Origin: an uncultured Janthinobacterium sp.
GTDB taxonomy: Bacteria; Vulcanimicrobiota; Vulcanimicrobiia; Vulcanimicrobiales; Vulcanimicrobiaceae
Reading direction: 5' to 3'
Assembly: GCA_964658025.1 (NCBI GenBank)
Contig: CAZZXB010000065.1
Span: 1 to 16,795, forward strand
DNA: 16,795 bases
The notes beneath the pieces were generated by a model. That model had not been told where the DNA came from. It saw only the letters and a program-made list of their open reading frames with translations, and did no database searches. Of the stretch, positions 7,095 to 14,700 are shown piece by piece. Positions within the stretch are counted from its first letter, which is position 1, and every line of letters begins with the position of its first letter. The position numbers and the translations under genes were made by a program.

Positions 7095-8413
7095 TCGTGC
7101 AGACTCTCGATGTCTTTCTCGGCGTCGTCCGTGAGATCCACGCCGCCTGCGGGTGCCATCACCTCGCGGACGACGACGCCGACCCCTCGCTTCTGTGCGA
7201 CCGCGCGGACCTCGCGATCGATTTGGGCGACCATCTCTCCGTAGAGGTCGCCGCGTTGTTTCTGCAATTGCGCGATCTGCTTGCCCGCACCCGCCTGCGC
7301 CCGACCGTCGATACCCGCGAGCTGACGGAAACGCGTCGTGAGATCGACGCGCGTCTGCTGGAAGCGTTGCAACGTCCGGTTCGCGTCGCGATCGAAACTC
7401 GCTTGAAATTGTTCGTGCAACGCGAGCAGCTTCGCGCGCATCTGCGGCGGGACGTTCGCGGGGACGGGCCCGGCGCCGCCCGTTCCCGGAAGCGCGGCGA
7501 GTTCGGAGGTGAGGCTCGTTCGCGTCTGCAACGCGCGCGCGTCGATCTTCGCGATCGTGCGTTTCTGGAGCGCGCCGACCTGCACGGAGAGCTCGCGGCC
7601 GATGCCGTCGTGCAGGCTCTTGCGATACGCGAGCAGTTCCGTCTCGTCGCGATTCTTCATCGCGGCGACGGCGTCGGCTTCCTTACGATCGAGCGCGTCG
7701 AGTCGACCCTTCACGTCCGCGCGCGACGTGTCGTCGAGCGCGAGATTGGAGAGCCGGGTCCGCAGCGAGAGCCGCTCCGCCGCGTCGTCGTTCGCGAGTT
7801 GCAACGCGTAGTCGGCCTCCTTGCGCTGGAGCCGATCCGCGCGCGCGCGATACGCGCGTACCGCGCGTTCGTCGTACGTCCGCTCGAGCGTCGCGACGGC
7901 GAGCTTATCCTGATCGATCAGCTGTTGCCGGTACGCCGCGAAGTTCTGCCGGGCCGACGCGGTCGCGCGTTGCGACTGCGCGCGCGCCTCGGTCGCGACG
8001 TCGCTCGCGATCGAGGCGCCCGAGGGACCGCCGACGCCCGCATTGCGGAGCGCCGCATCGATCGTCGCCCGCTCGCGCACGGCGTACTCGCGTCGTTCGA
8101 CGTCGAGCGCCTTGCGCGTCTGCGCGGCGGCGCGATCGAGTTCGACCTGCAGCGCGCGTTCCTCGCGCGGGAGGTCGGCCGCCGCGTTCCCGATCTCGGG
8201 ACCGACGGATTTGAGTTGGAGCGCGGCGACGTCTTGATCGAGTTGCGAGAGTTCGCCGTAGAGCGGGTGGACCTTGATGAGCGCGTCCATGCGCACGAAC
8301 CCGACGCGACCGTCGCCCCCGGGCGTCTGCGTCGCGACGGCGGCCGGCCCCGAATTCCCGCGCGCGCACGCGCTCGCGAGACAGAGGGCGGCCGTCGCGG
8401 CGAGCCCGCGCAT
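7091..8413 (-). CDS. Long coiled-coil Skp/OmpH-like protein, probable lipoprotein, about 440 aa
   Basis: ATG 8413 (alternative GTG 8443). MRGLAATAALCLASAC is lipobox-like. Skp head RVGFVRMDAL, long A/R/Q/L/E helical region, and Skp tail VRAVAQKRGVGVVV...GGVDLTDD. Confidence 0.7.
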   Translation of the reverse strand: MRGLAATAALCLASACARGNSGPAAVATQTPGGDGRVGFVRMDALIKVHPLYGELSQLDQDVAALQLKSVGPEIGNAAADLPREERALQVELDRAAAQTRKALDVERREYAVRERATIDAALRNAGVGGPSGASIASDVATEARAQSQRATASARQNFAAYRQQLIDQDKLAVATLERTYDERAVRAYRARADRLQRKEADYALQLANDDAAERLSLRTRLSNLALDDTSRADVKGRLDALDRKEADAVAAMKNRDETELLAYRKSLHDGIGRELSVQVGALQKRTIAKIDARALQTRTSLTSELAALPGTGGAGPVPANVPPQMRAKLLALHEQFQASFDRDANRTLQRFQQTRVDLTTRFRQLAGIDGRAQAGAGKQIAQLQKQRGDLYGEMVAQIDREVRAVAQKRGVGVVVREVMAPAGGVDLTDDAEKDIESLHE

Positions 8414-8429
8414 CCGTCGCGAACCGCCG

Positions 8430-9257
8430 TTACTTGAGTTCACTCGTAACGTCGCTCGTGATGTCGGTCCCGCCGTAGATGAGATTCGTACGGTCGATGA
8501 CGAGCAGCAAGCCCTTCTTCTTCGCGACGTCCGCGATCGCGTCGCGCGTCTTGTTCACGAGCGGTTCGATCGTCTGCTTCTGCTTGTCCGCGAGCGCGCC
8601 CTGATACGTCGCGAGCAGTTGCTGGCGATCCGCGTTCGATCTCGCGCCGCGGAGCTTGCCCTGGAGATCCTGTTGTTGGCTCGCCTGAAATTTTTGGAAA
8701 TCGTCGTTCGCGCTCTTGAGCGAGGGCACGGCGTCGATCTGCGCTTGATCGACGTACCCGACGGAGGACGGCGGCGGCGAGTTGACCGGACGGACGGGAT
8801 CGCCCGGACCCGAGAGCAGCGAGACGACGTCGCCCGTGACGTCGGTCCCGCCGACGATCACGATCCGTTTGTCGACGATGACCGAGAGATTCTTGTTCGA
8901 CGCGACCGCCGCGATCGCGACCTGCGCCTTCGCGAAGAGCGGACCGAAGAGCGCGCGCTGACGGTCGGCGAGTTTCTGTTGGAATTCGGCCGCGACGCGT
9001 TGTTGCGTCGCGGCGTCGTGGACGCCGCGCAACCGCCGCGCGAACTGCCGATCGAGCCCGACCTTGTACGCGCCGAGCTGGCGATTCGCCGCGGTGAACG
9101 GACCGACGTTCGCGAGCGCGGACTGATCGACGTAGCCGATATCGGTCACGTCGGCGGCGAGCGACGCCGGAGCGAGCGTCGCCGCCGCAACGGCGAACGC
9201 GAGGGACGCGCCGAAGAGCGCGCGCGCGAAACGCCGTGACCGCATGACGCCCGCCAT
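8430..9257 (-). CDS. Skp/OmpH family periplasmic chaperone with two tandem OmpH domains, 275 aa
   Basis: Sec-type signal peptide ending ASLA. Domain 1: IGYVDQ...VASNKNLSVIVDK...GGTDVT. Domain 2: VGYVDQ...VAKKKGLLLVIDR...GGTDIT. ATG overlaps the bamA stop (TGATG); alternative ATG at 9245. Confidence 0.88.
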   Translation of the reverse strand: MAGVMRSRRFARALFGASLAFAVAAATLAPASLAADVTDIGYVDQSALANVGPFTAANRQLGAYKVGLDRQFARRLRGVHDAATQQRVAAEFQQKLADRQRALFGPLFAKAQVAIAAVASNKNLSVIVDKRIVIVGGTDVTGDVVSLLSGPGDPVRPVNSPPPSSVGYVDQAQIDAVPSLKSANDDFQKFQASQQQDLQGKLRGARSNADRQQLLATYQGALADKQKQTIEPLVNKTRDAIADVAKKKGLLLVIDRTNLIYGGTDITSDVTSELK

Positions 9258-11617
9258 CAGAAGCTCTGTCCGATTCCGAAACTCGTGTGCGCGCCGCCCT
9301 TCCCGCGCGCGAAATCGAGCCGGATCGATTTGAAGCCGAGTTGCGGGATGTCGAAGCGCAGACCGACGCCCGCATCCGCGCGGTACAAGAACTTATTGTA
9401 ATCGACGACCGTGTTGCCGAACACGTCGACGATCGGTTGCGCGCCGCGGATGCGCTGGCCGCCGTAATCGCCGAAGATCGCGATGCCGAACTTGCGATCG
9501 GGGGCGAGCGGAATGCGCAGTTCGCTCTGCAGCAGCAGTTCCTCCGTGCCGTAGAAGACCTGACTGTATCCGCGCAACTGTTGGTCCGTCAGCACGAAGA
9601 GTCGGCTCGGCGGGATCGCGCCCGTCGAGGTGCCGGCCAGCGCGTGGAAACCGAACGTCGAGGCCCGGCCGACCGGAAAGAATTTCGCGGCGTCGAGCGT
9701 CGTGACGGTGTAGTGGAACTGCGAGCCGATCGCGCGTCCCGAGACTTCCTCGGAGAGCGTCGAGGTGTCGCCGCGACGCGGGTTGACGACGTCGTCGCGC
9801 GAGTCGTGCGTGAGTCCGAGCGAGACCGAGCGCAGGTTGTAGCCGGCGCCGTTGGACGTGTCGGCGATCGACGGTGCGTTGATGCCGAGCGTCGTGCCGT
9901 TCGTCTGTTGGAAGGCGGAGAGCCCCGTCTGCGCCGAGGTGAGGATCTGCTGGCTCCCCGAGAGGAAGTACCCCGATCCCGCCGGGAGACCGACGTCGGT
10001 CGCGATGCGTTGCACGGAGACGCCGAGCGTCGAGGTGAGTTCGTCCGTCAGACGACGACCGAGATTGAGCGAGATACCCGCGGCCCGACTGCCGTAGGTC
10101 GCGGCGCCCGGTAACTGCGCGGCGTTCGGCGTGATGACGACGGGCGTCGTCCCCGACGTCGCGCTCGCGTTCGACGAGCCCGAAGGCGCGGGTGCGGAGA
10201 TCACGGGATTACTGCCGACGGCCTGCGCGCCCGCCGAGTAGATGTTCAAATAATCGATCTGCGAGGTCGTGTAGATCGACGTCGCGAGGCTGTAGAGCTG
10301 CGTCGTCGGCGTGTTGCCGAGGTACGGCACGGTGTAACTCAGCGACGCGTCGGAGACGCGCGACCCGCGCTCGAGTCGGATCGACGCGGCGTTGCCCGTG
10401 CCGTTGATGTTGTTTTGCGAGTAGGAGAGCGTCCCCGTGAGACCCTGACCCGTCGGCCCGCCCGAATACCCCGCGCCGACCTGCGCCGTGCCCGTCCGCT
10501 GTTCTTTCACGGTCCAGTCGAGCGTGAGCGCGTACGGCTTCTTCGCGTCGGGACCGGGCTTCTGTTGGATGTCGACCTTGTCGAAGAAGCCGAGATTATT
10601 GAGTCGCTCGTAATCGCGACGGACGAGTCCCTGCGTGACGATCATCCCGGGACGCAAGCGCAACTGACGGCGGATGACGACGTCTTTGGTCTGCGTGTTG
10701 CCCGTGATCTGGATCGCGCCGACCGTCGCGACGTAGATGCTGTATTTGACGTCGGCCGTGCCCTTGTCGAGATCGACCGTCGTCGGATCGATCCCGGCTT
10801 CGAAATCACCGACCGAGAGATCGTACTTATCGTAGAGTTTTTTGAGCGCTTCGTAATCTTTGTCGCGCGCGTCTTCGGAGTACGGCTGACCCTCTTTGAG
10901 CGTGAGCGCCTTCGTGATGACGTTGGGCGGCAGGACCGGATTGCCCGTGATCGTGATGTGGCGGACGGTGAGACCCTCGCGGACCGCGAGGCTGAGCACG
11001 CCGTCCTTGGAGATGTTCAAGCCCGCGACGTGCGTCGGAACCTGACCGCCGTAGCCGATCTTGTCGTAGTACGAATTGATCTTGAGGACGTCTTGGTGGA
11101 AGGTGTTCGTGTTGAGCACCTGACCGACCGACGTGTCCATGAGCGCGAGCAGCGTGTCGGACGGCACGTGATCGTTCCCCGTGAACGCGATGCGCTGCAC
11201 GACCGGATTCTCCACCACGCGGAACGTGATCGCGATCCCGCCCGGACGTTGGCGGATGAGCGGCGGCACCTGGTCGCCGAAAAATCCGAGATCGAAGATG
11301 CTCTGCAGATCTTCGCGGACGGTCGCTTCGTCGAACGGTTGCCCGACTTTCGTGCGCACGACGCTGAGGATCCGATCGCTCGGCACGTGCGCGTTCCCAG
11401 AGACGTCGACGCTCACGACGGTCGGCGCGTTCGCGCGCGCGCGTGCGGGCGCGGCGCCGGGAGTTGCGACGGCGGGCGGTGCGCCGACGGGAGCCGTGCC
11501 CGGAGCGTCCGTGGACGCGGGCGTCGGCTGCGCGATGGCGAGCGCGGGGGCGAGCAAAAGCGCGAGCGTCGCAAGCAACGCGCCGCTGCGACGCGCGTGG
11601 CGACGGTCAGACAACAT
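9257..11617 (-). CDS. bamA: Omp85 family outer membrane protein assembly factor BamA (4 POTRA domains plus barrel), 786 aa
   Basis: Signal peptide, Pro/Ala linker, four POTRA-like repeats (VDVSGN, IAFTGN, ITITGN, IQITGNTQTKDVVIRR). Barrel start VKEQRTGTAQVGAGYS, NNINGTG, loop-6 LRGY motif, C-terminal FGIGQSF. Confidence 0.92.
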   Translation of the reverse strand: MLSDRRHARRSGALLATLALLLAPALAIAQPTPASTDAPGTAPVGAPPAVATPGAAPARARANAPTVVSVDVSGNAHVPSDRILSVVRTKVGQPFDEATVREDLQSIFDLGFFGDQVPPLIRQRPGGIAITFRVVENPVVQRIAFTGNDHVPSDTLLALMDTSVGQVLNTNTFHQDVLKINSYYDKIGYGGQVPTHVAGLNISKDGVLSLAVREGLTVRHITITGNPVLPPNVITKALTLKEGQPYSEDARDKDYEALKKLYDKYDLSVGDFEAGIDPTTVDLDKGTADVKYSIYVATVGAIQITGNTQTKDVVIRRQLRLRPGMIVTQGLVRRDYERLNNLGFFDKVDIQQKPGPDAKKPYALTLDWTVKEQRTGTAQVGAGYSGGPTGQGLTGTLSYSQNNINGTGNAASIRLERGSRVSDASLSYTVPYLGNTPTTQLYSLATSIYTTSQIDYLNIYSAGAQAVGSNPVISAPAPSGSSNASATSGTTPVVITPNAAQLPGAATYGSRAAGISLNLGRRLTDELTSTLGVSVQRIATDVGLPAGSGYFLSGSQQILTSAQTGLSAFQQTNGTTLGINAPSIADTSNGAGYNLRSVSLGLTHDSRDDVVNPRRGDTSTLSEEVSGRAIGSQFHYTVTTLDAAKFFPVGRASTFGFHALAGTSTGAIPPSRLFVLTDQQLRGYSQVFYGTEELLLQSELRIPLAPDRKFGIAIFGDYGGQRIRGAQPIVDVFGNTVVDYNKFLYRADAGVGLRFDIPQLGFKSIRLDFARGKGGAHTSFGIGQSF

Positions 11618-11693
11618 TCTCAGAAGCAGAATCCTTCGACTTCCACAGCAAGGGTGCCGCGGATGAGTCCGTTTCTCTCTACAGCGGCGCGAA

Positions 11694-11718
11694 GTTCGCT
11701 TCCGTCCCTCTCGGTCCT
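11694..11718 (-). promoter_or_regulatory. Possible internal promoter for bamA (AGGA-N17-GAAC, SigH-like)
   Basis: Lies in the only sizeable intergenic gap (11618-11750). The minus strand reads CCAGGA-ccgagagggacggaagc-GAACT, resembling the Bacillus SigH consensus AGGA-N17/18-GAAT with one mismatch. Short motif that could occur by chance. Confidence 0.2.
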
Positions 11719-11750
11719 GGGCGAGAATCCGTGTGGCCGCGCGCGCACCG

Positions 11751-14700
11751 TCAGAAGAGCCGTTGCAGGCCGAGCGAAAACCCGACCGATCCCGAATTCG
11801 GTTGGGCCGATTGCAGGCGCGTCGTCGACGTGATGAGCCCGTTCGAGGGCGCGAGCGAATCGAGCCCGTACGCCCCGACCGTCTGGAACACGGTCACCTG
11901 CGCGGCTTCGAGTGGATTCGGTTTGTATTCGAACCCGAACGTCTGGCGATACGGATAGCCGAAACTCGTCGCGTAGATCGCGTTGACGCGCTTGCCGAGA
12001 TTCTTGCGCGCGGAGAGTCCGACGTTCCCCGTGTAATCGACGTTGAGGTTGAAGTTCGAGAGCCCGAGCGCGCCCGCGAACGTCGTCTCGAACGGCGCGA
12101 GCAAGTTGCGCGTGAACTGCGCGTTCGCGATGCCGAACGCTTCCTGCGCGACGCTGATCGAACCGTTCGTGTTACGCGTCGCCGCGACCGCGGGCGAGAG
12201 CCCCGTCGTCGACGTGCTGCCGTACGGCGTCACGCGTTGCGCGTTGTCGCCGAAGAGGTTGCTCGCACCGAGCACGGGCGCGTCGAGTAAGAGTCCGAGG
12301 ATCTGTTCGCGATCGTAAGCGGGATCGGAGGTGAGTCCGATCGTGAGGCTCGTCGCCGGACCCGAAACCGCGAGCGTGACGTCGGCGCTCCCCGACGCGT
12401 TGCGCACGGTGTTGGGATCGGGATCGATGACGTGCGCGACGGCCGTGGCGTCGAGCGTCGGCACGAGCCCGAGATCGGGCGCGAAGGTCACCGTTCCGTT
12501 CTGCAGGCGGAAGACCGTGTTCACGTACGCGAGCGTCCCGCCCGTCGACGCGAACGAGCCGGAGAGGACGGGCGCGACGTAGGTTCCCCCGACGTGGACC
12601 CGACCGGTCGATCCGATGTCGACGGCGGCGCTGCGGATGCGCACGTTCTTATCGGCGGAGAGATCGAAATCGAGCGCGAGTTGCGGCACGAACCCCCCGG
12701 CGCCGCCGCTCGTTCCGGAGCCGCCGCTCGCGCCGACGAGTGCCGAAAACGGGATCACCGCGTCGGAGACGCCGAGATCGCCGCTCAGACGCGCGAGCCC
12801 GGCGCGCCGATGCGCGAGCGTGAGAAATCCCTCGACCCGACCGGCGCCGTAGGCGGGGAGGTTGAGCGCGACGTTCTTGCCGCGGAGTTCGAGCGCGTAC
12901 GTCGCGTCGACGGTCGGGTGGACGAGATCGGGGAAGGTCACCGTTCCGTCGCCGACGAGCGTCCCGCCGCCCGCGACCGCGCGGAACGCTTCGACGTTCG
13001 CGACGTTCCCGCCGAAGCGCACGCGCGCGGCGATCTGCTCGAGCGGCACCGTTTCGAGCGGCGTCCGGAGCGTGCCGCGCGCGAGCGAGAGCGTGCCGAG
13101 CACGCGCGGCGCGCCCGCCGTCCCCTCCACGCCGATCCGCCCGTCGAGCGTCCCCGCGAGTTCCGAACCGGTCGGGAGGAGCGGCGCGAAGCTCGCGAGA
13201 TCGATCCCGTTCGCCACGGCGTCGAGCGCGATCGGCGCGCGTTCGGGTCCGAAACCGAAGGGCGAGATCTCGAAGGGGACCGAGCCCGCGATCTGGAGCG
13301 CGCCCTTGGCGAAATCGAGCTCGACGTCGCTGAGCATCACGTCGCGGCCGGAGAGGCTCACCTCGCCGAGCGCGCGCGGGATCGCGACGCCGCGGATGCG
13401 CGCGGCTTCGACGTCGAAGCCGCCACGGACGAGCGGCCGGTCGCGCGTCCCCGAGACGTCGATATCGGCCTCGGCCGTCCCGCCGAGTTCGAGGTCGCCG
13501 GCGGAGAGCCGGGCCGCGAGCGCGCCGAGATCGGTCGCCTTCGCGTGGACGTTCACGGCGACGGGATCGGTCCCGCCCGTCCCGACGGTCCCCGACGCCG
13601 TGAGCGCGAGCGATGGAAGCGCGAGTTCGGCGTGCTCGATCCGCGTGCGGTGTACCGTCGAGCTCGCGACGACGGAGAGCCGGTCGACGGGGAAGCTCCC
13701 GATCGTCCCGCGCGCGAGCGAGACCGTCGTTCGGACGTCGGGATTCACGAGGCTCCCGGCGATCTTCGCGTCGGCATCGAGCCGCCCGCCGATCGGGACT
13801 TGGTACCCGAGCGCGGGCAACCACACGCCGAGATCGAGTCCGCGTAGCGTCGTCGTCCCGTCGAAGGCGGAACGCGCGAGAAGGCGCTCGATCGGGACGT
13901 TGCGCGCGAGCGAGAGCACGCCCGCGGTGTCGAGCGTCCCCGACGCGCCGCCGAACGCGATCCGGCCCTCGGCGCGCGCGTCGTGCGAGGTCCACCTCGC
14001 CGCGAGATCGCCGAGATCGAAACGTCGATAGCGCAGGTTCGCGATCGCGACGTTCGCCGTCGTGCCGATCGTCTTACCGCGCTTGTAGAATCGCGCGCGG
14101 ATCCGGCCCGTGCCCTCGAGCGTGTCGCCCGCGTCGAAGTAGTCGTCGAAATCCTCGAGATCGGCGTGCGGCGCGTCGAGCCGGAACGACGCGTCGCCGC
14201 GTCCGACGGAACCCGCGAAGCGCGCGTCCGTGGAACCGACGATCACGTCGCCGCGGCGCAGGAAGTAGTGATCGGGGACGACGTCGAGCCGCGAGCTGAA
14301 ATCGCGGAAGGCGAGCCCGTTGATCGTCCCTTCGGGCGCGGCGACGAGACCCGAGACGTGCAGGTGCTCGACGGGCCCGCGAACGCGCAGGTCGGCGTCC
14401 ACCGTCCCCGCGACGTCGGTCCGATCGGGCGCCGCGGAGAGGACGAGCGGCGCGAGCGGGATCGCGGGCAGGCGCATCCCGAGATCGTAGCGCGCGCGGA
14501 CCGTGCCGACGTTCTCGACCGTCCCGTCGAACGATCCGACCGACCGTCCCACGACCCCGTCGGCGCCGCGGATCCCGAGATGCGCGCTCGAGAAGCGCAC
14601 GTCGGCGTTCGTCGTCAGGCCGAGCCCGTCGAAATCGCCGTCGCGCTCGGCGAAGCCGCCGTCGAACGTCGGCACGCGGCGCGCGACCGTCACGCGTCCG

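Noticed and set aside
11670..11697. GAACTT as a sigmaE -35 box upstream of bamA
   Set aside because: No TCAAA/TCTGA-like -10 at the expected 16-nt spacing (GAAAC is found there).
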